From positions 8,683 to 72,682 of the forward strand of contig CAWUVN010000031.1 in assembly GCA_963925995.1 (NCBI GenBank): 64,000 bases of DNA, in the 5' to 3' direction. The stretch comes from an uncultured Pseudomonadales bacterium. GTDB lineage: Bacteria > Pseudomonadota > Gammaproteobacteria > Pseudomonadales > Porticoccaceae. Positions 29,546 to 39,280 of the stretch are shown here, one piece after another. Numbering within the stretch: position 1 is the first letter of the stretch; each line of letters opens with the position of its first letter. The translations under genes and the position numbers were made by a program. The notes beneath the pieces were generated by a model. That model was given only the letters and a program-made list of their open reading frames with translations, did no database searches and was not told the DNA's origin.

Positions 29546-29883
29546 TGGCACGTATAGTATTTTTACCCAATGAAGAAATTTGCCCAGAGGGTGCAGTGGT
29601 TGAATCACAGCCTGGAGAGAGCGTCTGCCAAGCCGCACTGCGCAGCGGCATCCATATTGAGCACGCCTGCGAAATGTCCTGTGCCTGCACCACCTGCCAT
29701 GTTCATGTGCGCGAAGGTTATGCCGAGCTGCCAGTCGCCGATGATCTGGAAGAGGATTATCTGGATATGGCTTGGGGCGTAGATCCGGATTCTCGCTTGA
29801 GCTGCCAGGTTATTCCCGGCGATACCGATCTGGTTGTAGAAATCCCCAAGTACACGATTAATATGGTGTCTGAAAAGCACTGA
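29545..29883 (+). CDS. fdx: ISC-system [2Fe-2S] ferredoxin
   Basis: C....C..C motif (CEMSCACTTCH) plus a distal Cys. TAATG overlap with hscA. Confidence 0.93.
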   Translation: MARIVFLPNEEICPEGAVVESQPGESVCQAALRSGIHIEHACEMSCACTTCHVHVREGYAELPVADDLEEDYLDMAWGVDPDSRLSCQVIPGDTDLVVEIPKYTINMVSEKH

Positions 29884-29934
29884 GTGCTGCGCTTTAAATG
29901 CTATAGCGAACGGCAAAAAATGGAGTAATAGACT

Positions 29935-30132
29935 ATGCTAAAGTGGACTGATATACATGATATCGCCATTGAACTGACAGATAACCATCCAGATGTGGAT
30001 CCACAGTATGTAAATTTTGTAGATCTGCGCAAATGGGTTCTCGGACTTGAAGATTTTTCTGATGATCCAGAGCGTTGTGGAGAGAAGATTCTTGAAGCTA
30101 TTCAAATGGCATGGATGGAAGAATTGGATTAA
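29935..30132 (+). CDS. iscX: Fe-S assembly protein IscX
   Basis: MLKWTDIHDIAIELTDNHPDVDP is an IscX/YfhJ-type sequence. 65 aa, at the end of the isc cluster. Confidence 0.9.
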   Translation: MLKWTDIHDIAIELTDNHPDVDPQYVNFVDLRKWVLGLEDFSDDPERCGEKILEAIQMAWMEELD

Positions 30133-30175
30133 AAGTACAAGCTTAGAAAGTACAAGCGTAGAAAGTACAAGATTA
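30131..30175 (+). repeat. 15-bp tandem direct repeat, three copies
   Basis: aaaagtacaagctta / gaaagtacaagcgta / gaaagtacaagatta. The array starts at the iscX stop codon and ends 58 nt upstream of the GGDEF-EAL start. Confidence 0.9.
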
Positions 30176-30232
30176 AAATCTGATCAGAGTTAATAACAAA
30201 ATGCTGCAACAGCAGCGGGATTTGAGCAAAGG

Positions 30233-32140
30233 ATGCCAGCCAAGAATCAACTGTATAAAAAAGTTCTCGATACAGCGCCTTTTGGCACGGTGTTCTTCGC
30301 CTATGGTGTCTGCATTGATGCCAATGCCCAAGCCCTTTCGATTCTTAAATGCGATCGCGCGCAAATCATTGGCGCAACGATTAGCGAAGACCAGAACCAC
30401 CAACCCCAATCTATTCAGCAGCTCAAGCAGGTAGTAAGAAAACTTCAGGACGACCGGCTTAAAGGTATTCTGTGGCGCTCTGAAAATACTCTCGAGCAGG
30501 ATGAAATCGTCGTCTCCATAGGTTCGGTTGAAGACACTGATGATGGGGTGCTGTGCCTGATGCTCTACCCACTGCCATCACTGGCTCAGATGGTGGTTCA
30601 GGAGTTTGTTACTGAAGATCTGGCCACCTTGGAGACTTCACCTCAGAACAAGCTAGATAGCAGTGAAGACCTAAAACAAAAGCCAATTCCTGAGAATATT
30701 GATCAGCAGCCTGTAGAGAAACTGGAAGAAATTCCCGTCACCAAAACGCTGCTCGAAGAGCAGCCTGAGCCTAAGATACTGGATGAACAAAGTGCCCTCG
30801 CCGAAGGTATTAAAGCGGATCAGTATGAAACCCTCGCCGGCCTGCCAGTCAGCCCGCGATTGATTGAAAGTATCAGTGGATATCTAGATCTTTCGCGAGA
30901 AAAGAGTCCCTGCGGTACTTTATTGTTAATCGACTTCGATAATTTCAACTCGATCAATGAATCCCTCGGTAAGCAAGTCGGTAATCAGATTCTCGAGCGC
31001 GCCGCTGAAACTATTCAGGGAATGTGCACAGATTTGATGGAGGTTGATCAGGTCGCCGGTGACTCATTTCTGCTGTTTGTAAAAGATATTGCCGATACCG
31101 CCGAACAGGCTCGCGAAGCCAGTCTCGCCATCGCAAATGAAATTCGCTGTGTGATTACCCGCCCATTCTTTACCGAAAATGGCGAAGTCAGTGTTACCGC
31201 CAGTGTCGGAATCAGTGTGCTCTATGCGGGTATTTACTACCCCTCTACGGATTCTCTATCGAATGCTGAAGAGGCTGTGCAACAGGCCGAGAGCGCGATG
31301 TTTGAGGCCAAGCGCCGCGGTCGCGACACCGTGGTGTTATTTGATTCGCAGATAACCCGGCAGGCTCGTCAGCGGATTAATATGCAATCCAGTCTGCGCA
31401 AGGCAGTGGCCAATCAGGATTTTGATCTCTATGTTCAGCCCCAGGTCTCAACTCACAGTGGCGATGTAGTCGGGGGTGAGGTGCTGCTGCGCTGGATGAA
31501 CTCAGATCAGGCTCGGCACTCGCCAGCGGACTTTATTCCTATTCTCGAATCTTCAGGGATGATTGTCGATGTCGGGCTCTGGGTGATTCGCACCTCCTGT
31601 GAATATCTGCGCAATATGCTCGACCGGGGTCTGTGGGATGAGAGTATGCAGATGGCGGTCAATATCAGTCCCAAGCAATTCCATGATCCGCATCTGATTA
31701 AATCCTTAGAGCACAGTCTCAAGAGCTACGATATCCGCCCAGATATGTTGACGCTGGAAGTAACGGAAAATCTGCTGATTGATGATTTTGAATCGGTTGC
31801 TGAGAAAATGAAAAAGATCCGCAATATGGGCACCCGATTTGCCATCGACGATTTTGGCAGCGGCTATTCCTCAATGATCTATTTAAAGCGCCTGCCTCTG
31901 GATATTTTAAAGATCGACCGAGAATTCATTACCCATCTCAATTCGGATAAAGAAACCCTCGGGCTGGTCGAGGCGATTATGATGGTAGCCCACCACTACG
32001 GTCTGGATGTGGTCGCTGAGGGTGTTGAAAAGCGTGAGGTGTTGGAAATTTTGCGCAGCCTTGGCTGTGAAAAATATCAGGGTGCGCACTTTAGTATGCC
32101 AGTCTCGCTAGATAAATTTCAGCGTCTATTGGTGGCATAA
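30233..32140 (+). CDS. PAS-like / degenerate GGDEF / EAL-domain c-di-GMP phosphodiesterase-type protein
   Basis: The GGDEF position reads AGDSF. The EAL domain has EVLLRW, DDFGSGYSS, KIDREF, AEGVE and YQG motifs. Confidence 0.85.
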   Translation: MPAKNQLYKKVLDTAPFGTVFFAYGVCIDANAQALSILKCDRAQIIGATISEDQNHQPQSIQQLKQVVRKLQDDRLKGILWRSENTLEQDEIVVSIGSVEDTDDGVLCLMLYPLPSLAQMVVQEFVTEDLATLETSPQNKLDSSEDLKQKPIPENIDQQPVEKLEEIPVTKTLLEEQPEPKILDEQSALAEGIKADQYETLAGLPVSPRLIESISGYLDLSREKSPCGTLLLIDFDNFNSINESLGKQVGNQILERAAETIQGMCTDLMEVDQVAGDSFLLFVKDIADTAEQAREASLAIANEIRCVITRPFFTENGEVSVTASVGISVLYAGIYYPSTDSLSNAEEAVQQAESAMFEAKRRGRDTVVLFDSQITRQARQRINMQSSLRKAVANQDFDLYVQPQVSTHSGDVVGGEVLLRWMNSDQARHSPADFIPILESSGMIVDVGLWVIRTSCEYLRNMLDRGLWDESMQMAVNISPKQFHDPHLIKSLEHSLKSYDIRPDMLTLEVTENLLIDDFESVAEKMKKIRNMGTRFAIDDFGSGYSSMIYLKRLPLDILKIDREFITHLNSDKETLGLVEAIMMVAHHYGLDVVAEGVEKREVLEILRSLGCEKYQGAHFSMPVSLDKFQRLLVA

Positions 32141-32333
32141 ATAGCTGCGTAAGCTGCCTAAAATCGCTAGTTTAATCGACACGGTAAAAGCCCTATAAAA
32201 AAGCTACTCCAAAAAAGCATTGTTACCGCCCCCCAGTGCAGGTAAAATCCGCGCCATTGCCCAATAGGGCTATTTTTTTATCCCTAATTTAAACTTTTTT
32301 AATTTACCTTAGCCCTTGTTTGGAGAAATCTTC

Positions 32334-32759
32334 ATGGCGACTGAACGCACACTATCTATTATCAAGCCCGACGCAGTAGCAAAAAATGTTGTTGGCCAAA
32401 TCCTTAGCCGTTTTGAAGCCGCTGGCCTTAAAATCGTTGCCTGCAAAATGCAGCAGCTCAGCCAAGAACAGGCTGAAGGTTTTTACGCTGAACACAGCGA
32501 GCGTCCTTTCTTTAAAGATCTGGTTGCCTTTATGACGTCTGGCCCAGTTTCTGTTCAGGTTCTCGAAGGCGAAAACGCGATTATCACCAACCGCGATCTG
32601 ATGGGTGCTACTAACCCTAAAGAAGCTGCCGCTGGTACTATCCGTGCGGACTTTGCAGAATCTATTGATGCTAACGCCGCTCACGGTTCTGACTCAGCTG
32701 AATCTGCAGCTCGTGAAGTTGCATACTTCTTTGCTGACAACGAGATCTGTGCTCGCTAA
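32334..32759 (+). CDS. ndk: nucleoside diphosphate kinase
   Basis: [15 protein letters not shown] and the NAAHGSDS active-site His region. Confidence 0.96.
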   Translation: MATERTLSIIKPDAVAKNVVGQILSRFEAAGLKIVACKMQQLSQEQAEGFYAEHSERPFFKDLVAFMTSGPVSVQVLEGENAIITNRDLMGATNPKEAAAGTIRADFAESIDANAAHGSDSAESAAREVAYFFADNEICAR

Positions 32760-32808
32760 AATCACTTTATCGAACAGCACCTTCTCGACATTAGAGAAAT
32801 AGACATTT

Positions 32809-33987
32809 ATGTCCCAAGCAGTTGAAGTAACAGCGATTGACGAACAGCCCCGAAAGGAAAAAACCAACCTTTTGGGGCTTTCTGCTTCCCGTATAGGTGA
32901 TTTTTTAGAGTCACTCGGCGAGAAACGTTTTCGTGGAACTCAGATTCTCAAGTGGGTACACCAGCAGGGTGTAACCGACATTAACGAGATGACCAATATC
33001 TCCAAAGGCCTGCGCACCAGCCTTAGCGAAGTGGCAGAAGTCGTATTGCCGGAAGTTGTCAGCGTGCAGGATTCGGTTGATGGTACACGCAAATGGTTGA
33101 TCCGTATGGATGGCGGCAGCTGTATAGAGATGGTTTATATTCCTGAGCGCGACCGCGGAACCCTCTGTGTATCCTCGCAGATTGGTTGTGCACTGGACTG
33201 TAGTTTCTGTGCCACCGGAAAGCAGGGTTTTAATCGCGACCTGACCGCCGGAGAGATTATTGGCCAGTTGTGGATCGCCGCAGAATCATTTGATCAGTTT
33301 GATCCCAAAACGAAACGCCGTGTCACCAATGTGGTGATGATGGGTATGGGCGAACCACTGATGAACTTTGATAATGTTGTCGATGCAATGAATCTGATGC
33401 TTGACGACAATGCCTACGGGCTTTCCAAGCGACGAGTCACTCTGAGCACTGCGGGTATGGTTCCCGAAGTTGATAAGCTCGGCGATGTCATCGATGTGTC
33501 GCTGGCAATTTCTCTGCACGCGCCCAACGATGAGTTGCGCAATGAACTGGTGCCAATTAATCGTAAGTATCCGCTGAAGACATTTGTCGACAGCGCTAGA
33601 CGGTATCTGGAGAAGATGCCGGATAATCGACGCAAAATTACCGTTGAATACACGCTGATGGATCGGGTCAATGATCGCGATGAACACGCCAAAGAATTAT
33701 CGGTACTGCTGCGCGATTTACCCTGCAAGATAAACCTGATTCCGTTTAATCCGTTCCCGGGTTCGGGCTATAAAACGGTCACCAAGGTTGCCCTTGGGCG
33801 GTTTAGGGACATTCTGCATAATGACGGGTACACTGTCACTGTGCGAACCACCCGCGGCGACGATATTGCCGCTGCCTGTGGTCAGTTGGCAGGCGAAGTA
33901 AACGACCGCACCAAACGTCAGGAGCGCTATAAAAAACGTCTCGACGAGGAGCAGGTTCAGGAGCAGGTGGTCAAAATTATTGAGTGA
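32809..33987 (+). CDS. rlmN: 23S rRNA/tRNA (adenine-C2)-methyltransferase RlmN (radical SAM)
   Basis: CALDCSFC radical-SAM cluster motif and MGMGEPL. 392 aa. Confidence 0.95.
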   Translation: MSQAVEVTAIDEQPRKEKTNLLGLSASRIGDFLESLGEKRFRGTQILKWVHQQGVTDINEMTNISKGLRTSLSEVAEVVLPEVVSVQDSVDGTRKWLIRMDGGSCIEMVYIPERDRGTLCVSSQIGCALDCSFCATGKQGFNRDLTAGEIIGQLWIAAESFDQFDPKTKRRVTNVVMMGMGEPLMNFDNVVDAMNLMLDDNAYGLSKRRVTLSTAGMVPEVDKLGDVIDVSLAISLHAPNDELRNELVPINRKYPLKTFVDSARRYLEKMPDNRRKITVEYTLMDRVNDRDEHAKELSVLLRDLPCKINLIPFNPFPGSGYKTVTKVALGRFRDILHNDGYTVTVRTTRGDDIAAACGQLAGEVNDRTKRQERYKKRLDEEQVQEQVVKIIE

Positions 33988-34028
33988 GGAATACCAGCTT
34001 ATACAGAGTGGTCACAGGGAGAGGGAAT

Positions 34029-34823
34029 ATGAACATAACAACAGGGTACGTTGTAACACTGATTAAACTGGGTTTTTTAGTGGCCGCACTGAGCATCACT
34101 GGCTGTGTGTCAAATGCTCCAAAAAGTGCCAACTCGGAAAACCCCGCTGCTGCAAGCCAGCAGCATATTAAGCTGGCGCTAAAATATATAGGTTCGGACA
34201 ATCGCGATTTAGCCAGAGTCCACCTTGAGAAAGCTGCGAAACATCGCTCGCGTTCAGCCCAGTTATATAATGCTTACGCTCTGTTATACCAGAGCGAGCA
34301 AGAATTTAAGTTAGCCGAAGAGTTTTACCAAAAGGCCCTTGGCAGAAATAAAGGTTACACCCTAGCACGCTACAATTTCGCTGCTTTTTTGTACAATCAG
34401 GGGCGATTAGCTGAGGCCAGAGAGCAGATAACACTGGTCAGTGAAGATCTCGGGTACGAACGCCGCGCTCAGGCTTTTTATATACTCGGGTTGACCCAGA
34501 AAAGAATGGGCGACAACCCGCAAGCGCTTGAATCCTTTGAGAAAGCGACACAGCTTTCATCAGGATTTCCGCCGCCGTTTCTAGAGGCCGCTGAACTCTA
34601 TTATCAGCAAAAGAATTATCCTCTAAGTAAATTGGCGCTGGATCGCTTTAGACGCTTGAGCCAGCCGACCGCCCAGAGCCTGTGGTTAGCCGTGCGAGTG
34701 GAAGAGCGATTTGGTAATCTGGATAAAGCGGCGAGTGAAGGACTGAAACTAAAGAATCTGTTTCCGTACTCACAGGAAAATTTGGCCTATCAGGCCTGGT
34801 TAAAAAAATTAATTGAGAAGTAA
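34029..34823 (+). CDS. pilW: type IV pilus biogenesis/stability TPR lipoprotein PilW (PilF of Pseudomonas)
   Basis: LSITGC lipobox and TPR repeats. Located after rlmN as in Pseudomonas. The ATG at 34029 is chosen over the 33984 extension. Confidence 0.8.
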   Translation: MNITTGYVVTLIKLGFLVAALSITGCVSNAPKSANSENPAAASQQHIKLALKYIGSDNRDLARVHLEKAAKHRSRSAQLYNAYALLYQSEQEFKLAEEFYQKALGRNKGYTLARYNFAAFLYNQGRLAEAREQITLVSEDLGYERRAQAFYILGLTQKRMGDNPQALESFEKATQLSSGFPPPFLEAAELYYQQKNYPLSKLALDRFRRLSQPTAQSLWLAVRVEERFGNLDKAASEGLKLKNLFPYSQENLAYQAWLKKLIEK

Positions 34824-34838
34824 CTGAGAAGTATCGGA

Positions 34839-35963
34839 ATGTTTAGTGAAACACCTATAGTGCGACGCAAGTCGCGACAGATTATGGTTGGCAATGTCCC
34901 CGTAGGTGGCGATGCTCCAATCTCTGTGCAGAGCATGACCAATACCAGCACTGCAGATGTCGCGGCAACCGTTGCTCAGATAGAAAACATTCAAGCAGCC
35001 GGCGCAGATATAGTCCGTGTCTCGGTTCCCTCTATGGCCGAAGCTGAAGCCTTCGGTCAAATTCGCAAATTGGTCAGTGTACCGCTGGTTGCAGATATTC
35101 ACTTTGATCACAATATCGCCCTGCGAGTGGCTGATTTAGGTGTTGATTGCCTGCGAATTAACCCTGGCAATATAGGCCGTGACGATCGCCTCCGCGAAGT
35201 GATCGCCAAAGCCCGCGACCTCAATATTCCAATCCGTATCGGCGTTAATGCCGGTTCACTGGGTAAAGACCTGTTGCGCAAATACAACGAACCCACCGCC
35301 GAGGCGATGGTTGAGTCGGCTATGCGCAATGTCGACCTGCTCGACAAATACGATTTCCAAGATTTTAAAGTCAGCGTTAAGGCCTCGGATATTTTTATGG
35401 CTGTCGCCGCTTACCGCGACCTGGCCACCCGTATCGAACAGCCCCTGCATCTGGGTATCACCGAAGCGGGTGGACTGCGTTCGGGCACCGTTAAATCGGC
35501 GATTGGTCTCGGTGCGCTGTTACTCGATGGTATAGGTGACACAATTCGAATTTCCCTTGCCGCCGATCCGGCGGAAGAGGCGAAAGTCGCTTGGGATATG
35601 TTGCGCAGCCTTAGATTGCGTAGCAAAGGGATTAACTTTATTGCCTGCCCGAGCTGTTCACGACAAAATTTCGATGTAATTAAAACCGTCAATGAGTTGG
35701 AAACCCGACTTGAAGATATTACCGTGCCTATGGATGTGTCGATTATTGGCTGTATCGTCAACGGCCCAGGTGAAGCCAAAGAGTCCGATTTTGGTTTAAC
35801 GGGTGGCACTCCAGCCAACCTGGTTTATGTCGACGGTGTTCCGGACCACAAGGTTGGCAATGAAAATTTAGTCGATGAGCTTGAGACGCAAATTCGCGCC
35901 AAGGCAGCGGCCAAAGAGACGCAGATGGCCAAAGATGCGGCCAACCTGATAGTGAAAGTTTAA
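34839..35963 (+). CDS. ispG: 4-hydroxy-3-methylbut-2-en-1-yl diphosphate synthase
   Basis: [29 protein letters not shown]-terminus and the CPSC...C cluster motif. Confidence 0.96.
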   Translation: MFSETPIVRRKSRQIMVGNVPVGGDAPISVQSMTNTSTADVAATVAQIENIQAAGADIVRVSVPSMAEAEAFGQIRKLVSVPLVADIHFDHNIALRVADLGVDCLRINPGNIGRDDRLREVIAKARDLNIPIRIGVNAGSLGKDLLRKYNEPTAEAMVESAMRNVDLLDKYDFQDFKVSVKASDIFMAVAAYRDLATRIEQPLHLGITEAGGLRSGTVKSAIGLGALLLDGIGDTIRISLAADPAEEAKVAWDMLRSLRLRSKGINFIACPSCSRQNFDVIKTVNELETRLEDITVPMDVSIIGCIVNGPGEAKESDFGLTGGTPANLVYVDGVPDHKVGNENLVDELETQIRAKAAAKETQMAKDAANLIVKV

Positions 35964-36031
35964 GTGTTAAAGCTTAAGTATTAAAAACTAGCTGTATTAA
36001 GATTAGTTGTATAAAGAGTATTGAGAAATAG

Positions 36032-37309
36032 ATGAAAATCCAATCGATCCGGGGAATGAATGATCTACTCCCCGAACAGTCAGCCACATGGCAGTATCTC
36101 GAGCGCGTTATTGCCGACGTACTTGGCCGCTACGCCTATCGTGAAATCCGTTTCCCGATACTCGAGCAAACTGAACTGTTTAAACGCGCGGTTGGAGAAG
36201 TCACCGATATAGTCGAAAAAGAGATGTATAGTTTCGACGACCGCAATGGCGATAGTCTGAGTCTGCGCCCGGAAGGCACCGCCGGCTGTGTGCGCGCCTG
36301 CAATCAAAATGGTTTATTACACAACCAAACTCAGCGGCTCTGGTATACAGGTCCAATGTTCCGTCACGAGCGCCCGCAAAAAGGCCGCCTGCGTCAGTTC
36401 CATCAGGTTGGTGTTGAAGCCTTTGGACTGGTTGGTCCAGATATAGATGCAGAGCTATTGGTGCTTACAGCACGACTTTGGAAAGCCCTGAATATCGAAA
36501 GTGCGGTTACCCTGCAGATTAACTCTCTGGGAACCTCGGCTGATCGCGCCAATTATCGCAGCGCACTGGTCGACTATCTCAGTGCTCGACAGGAGCAGCT
36601 CGACGAAGATAGTCAGCGCCGCCTGCAGACAAACCCGATGCGTATTCTCGACAGTAAAAATGCCGAGACACAGGCGCTGTTAAATGATGCGCCGAGCCTC
36701 GAAGACTTTATCGACGAAGAATCCAAACAGCACTTTAAGCAGCTCTGCTCTATGCTTGACGCCGCTGAAATCAATTACCAGATCAATCCACGACTGGTGC
36801 GAGGACTCGATTACTATTCGAAAACAGTGTTCGAATGGGTGACCACTCATCTCGGTGCTCAGGGTACAGTCTGTGCCGGTGGCCGCTATGACGGCCTTGT
36901 CGAACAACTCGGCGGCAAGCCGTGCCCAGGTGTTGGATTCGCCATGGGCGTGGAAAGACTGGTGCTGTTGCTTGACGAGCTCGGCGTTGTCCCTGATAGT
37001 GTCGGGCTGACAGTAGATGTCTATCTAGTTGCCGTAGGTGATGTAGATACTCAGGCACTGGTGTTGGGAGAAAATCTGCGATCTAATTGCCCAACCATTC
37101 GTCTGCAGACAAACTGCGGCGGTGGAAGCTTTAAATCGCAAATGAAAAAAGCGGATAAAAGCGCGGCCTTTATTGCCTTAATACTCGGCGAAGATGAAGC
37201 AGCGAATAAAAAAATTGGGGTTAAGTTTTTACGCGAAGACCGCCCCCAGGAAACCGTTGACCAGAAAGATTTGGCCAACTACATAATGAAAATAATTACT
37301 ACTTACTGA
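36032..37309 (+). CDS. hisS: histidine--tRNA ligase
   Basis: GMNDLLP, LRPEGT and FHQ.GVE class II motifs. 425 aa. Confidence 0.96.
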   Translation: MKIQSIRGMNDLLPEQSATWQYLERVIADVLGRYAYREIRFPILEQTELFKRAVGEVTDIVEKEMYSFDDRNGDSLSLRPEGTAGCVRACNQNGLLHNQTQRLWYTGPMFRHERPQKGRLRQFHQVGVEAFGLVGPDIDAELLVLTARLWKALNIESAVTLQINSLGTSADRANYRSALVDYLSARQEQLDEDSQRRLQTNPMRILDSKNAETQALLNDAPSLEDFIDEESKQHFKQLCSMLDAAEINYQINPRLVRGLDYYSKTVFEWVTTHLGAQGTVCAGGRYDGLVEQLGGKPCPGVGFAMGVERLVLLLDELGVVPDSVGLTVDVYLVAVGDVDTQALVLGENLRSNCPTIRLQTNCGGGSFKSQMKKADKSAAFIALILGEDEAANKKIGVKFLREDRPQETVDQKDLANYIMKIITTY

Positions 37310-37322
37310 TTGAGGAACACTC

Positions 37323-38009
37323 GTGGCAGATCACATTACAGAAGAAGAGCAAATTGAAGCTCTTAAGCGTTGGTGGGAAGAGAACGGCAAGCAAACCATT
37401 CTGGGTATAGCCCTTATCGTTGGCGGATATTTTGGCTGGCAAGCCTGGACCGATCACAGCGAAGAACAGGCATCTGCTGCCTCATTGACCTATCAGGAAA
37501 TGCTCGACAACCTGGCCGGCTTAACTCCCGGTGAAACTCTTGCCGAAGACAAGCAGCTTGCGGTTGGACTGTTGGCCGACAAACTCAAGTCAGAGTTCAG
37601 CGACACTCAGTACGCAGTTTATGCGGCGCTGACCAAAGCCAAGCTCGCCGTTGAATCTGAAAATCTGGATGGCGCTGTTATCGAACTGCAGTGGGCTATG
37701 GACAATGCCGATGACGTCAGCAAATCTATTGCGCGACTGAGACTAGCTCGAGTTCAGGCTGCACGTGGTGATCTGGATGCAGCGCTGCAGTTAGTTCAAG
37801 GTGTTGATGCCGGTGAGATGAAGTCTGCGTTTGAAGAAGCCAAAGGTGACTTCTACCTAGAGCAGGGCAACACAGCCGCTGCTTACAGTGCTTATCAGTC
37901 TGCTGCGGCGACAGATAACTCAGGTGACGCATCCGTGCGCGCACTGTTACAGCTTAAAATTGGTTTGGTTCAGCCTGCACAGCTCGAAGAGCCAGCGGCT
38001 GAAGAGTAA
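37323..38009 (+). CDS. yfgM: YfgM-family membrane-anchored TPR-like protein
   Basis: EEEQIEALKRWWEENGK N-terminus followed by one TM segment. Located between hisS and bamB. GTG start. Confidence 0.7.
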   Translation: MADHITEEEQIEALKRWWEENGKQTILGIALIVGGYFGWQAWTDHSEEQASAASLTYQEMLDNLAGLTPGETLAEDKQLAVGLLADKLKSEFSDTQYAVYAALTKAKLAVESENLDGAVIELQWAMDNADDVSKSIARLRLARVQAARGDLDAALQLVQGVDAGEMKSAFEEAKGDFYLEQGNTAAAYSAYQSAAATDNSGDASVRALLQLKIGLVQPAQLEEPAAEE

Positions 38010-38059
38010 GGGATTTACCAACTAGCTGCCGAGCAGCCGGTCGAATAGGAAAACGCTCC

Positions 38060-39217
38060 ATGAAAAAGTTAAATTTATTGCTCAGTGCGCTAGTTTGCGC
38101 ATTCTTAGTCTCAGGTTGTAGCTGGTTTGGTGGCGACGACGAAGATGCTGAGATCAAGCCTGCAGAACTGGTTAAATTTGATCAGGAACTAACCCTTAAG
38201 AAACAGTGGTCGGTGAATATAGGCGCGAGCAATAAAGATTTTTGGAACAGCCTGCGACCTGTTGCGAGCTCTGAGCTAGTTTTTGCCGCTGATCATGAAG
38301 GTGAGATTACCGCGATTGATTTAGCTACAGGCGAGCGCCGTTGGAGTACTGAACTGGACGTTCTGGTTTCCGGTGGTGTTGGTTACGGCTCTGGTCTGGT
38401 TATGGTAGGCACTATCGAGGGTCAGGTCTATGCCCTCAATGCAGATGACGGCACTATCGCCTGGACTAGCACTGTTAGCTCGGAGATTCTTTCAAGCCCG
38501 CAGAGCAATGGTCAGGTTGTGGTGGTTCAGACTATCGACAATAAACTCTTCGCCTTTAATGCCGCCGATGGTTCAGCGCTCTGGCAGCATGAAGATACTG
38601 CGCCACTGTTGAGTGTGCGCGGCACCAGCTCTTCTGTTATTACCGAGAAAATGGTCTTAAGCGGTTTTGATTCAGGAAAACTGATCGCTTTTAACCCGGA
38701 AAATGGTTCACTTATTTGGGAGGCACGACTGGCACTGCCCAAGGGTCGCACAGATCTCGAGCGTATGGTTGATCTCGATGGTTCCCCGCTATTGGTTGGC
38801 GATGTTATTTACGCGGTAACCTATCAGGGAAGACTGGGTGCGCTCGCGCGCGGTACCGGTCGCAGCCTGTGGTTTCAGGACAGCAACTCCCATCAGGCAC
38901 CAGCTTATAGTCTCGAACAGGTCTATGTCAGCGAAGCCGACAGCACCGTTCGCGCCTTTCGTGCCGGTAGTGGCCAAGTTATCTGGAGCAACGAAGATTT
39001 GTTTTTACGCCGTGTAACCGGCCCGGCAAAACTCGGTGGCAGTATTGCCGTCGCCGATGCTGAAGGTTATTTACATTTACTCGATCCAGTTGATGGTCAC
39101 TTTGTTGCGCGCACCAAAGTGCATGGCAGCGGGGTAAGCGCGCCGATGCTAACAGTGGCTGATACACTGATAGTTCAGTCAAATAATGGCTCATTGAGCG
39201 CATTTAAAATTCAGTAG
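38060..39217 (+). CDS. bamB: outer membrane protein assembly factor BamB
   Basis: LVSGCS lipobox and PQQ-like beta-propeller repeats. Synteny with der. Confidence 0.9.
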   Translation: MKKLNLLLSALVCAFLVSGCSWFGGDDEDAEIKPAELVKFDQELTLKKQWSVNIGASNKDFWNSLRPVASSELVFAADHEGEITAIDLATGERRWSTELDVLVSGGVGYGSGLVMVGTIEGQVYALNADDGTIAWTSTVSSEILSSPQSNGQVVVVQTIDNKLFAFNAADGSALWQHEDTAPLLSVRGTSSSVITEKMVLSGFDSGKLIAFNPENGSLIWEARLALPKGRTDLERMVDLDGSPLLVGDVIYAVTYQGRLGALARGTGRSLWFQDSNSHQAPAYSLEQVYVSEADSTVRAFRAGSGQVIWSNEDLFLRRVTGPAKLGGSIAVADAEGYLHLLDPVDGHFVARTKVHGSGVSAPMLTVADTLIVQSNNGSLSAFKIQ

Positions 39218-39242
39218 CGATTAATCGCACTATTTACAGTAG

Positions 39243-39275
39243 AATGCCGCAATTGAAACCTGCGGCATTTTTTTA
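39243..39275 (+). terminator. GC hairpin plus T-run between bamB and der
   Basis: aatgccgca-attgaaacc-tgcggcatt followed by ttttttt, ending 6 nt before the der ATG. Confidence 0.6.
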
Positions 39276-39280
39276 TCCCT

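Noticed and set aside
32141-32333. Possible small RNA or terminator in the 190-nt spacer upstream of ndk (gcccaatagggc followed by a T-run)
   Set aside because: The stem is only 4 bp and I recognise no conserved motif, so the evidence is insufficient to call a feature.
35411-35818. 135-aa minus-strand ORF
   Set aside because: It is antisense to ispG, with a Ser/Pro/Arg-rich composition.
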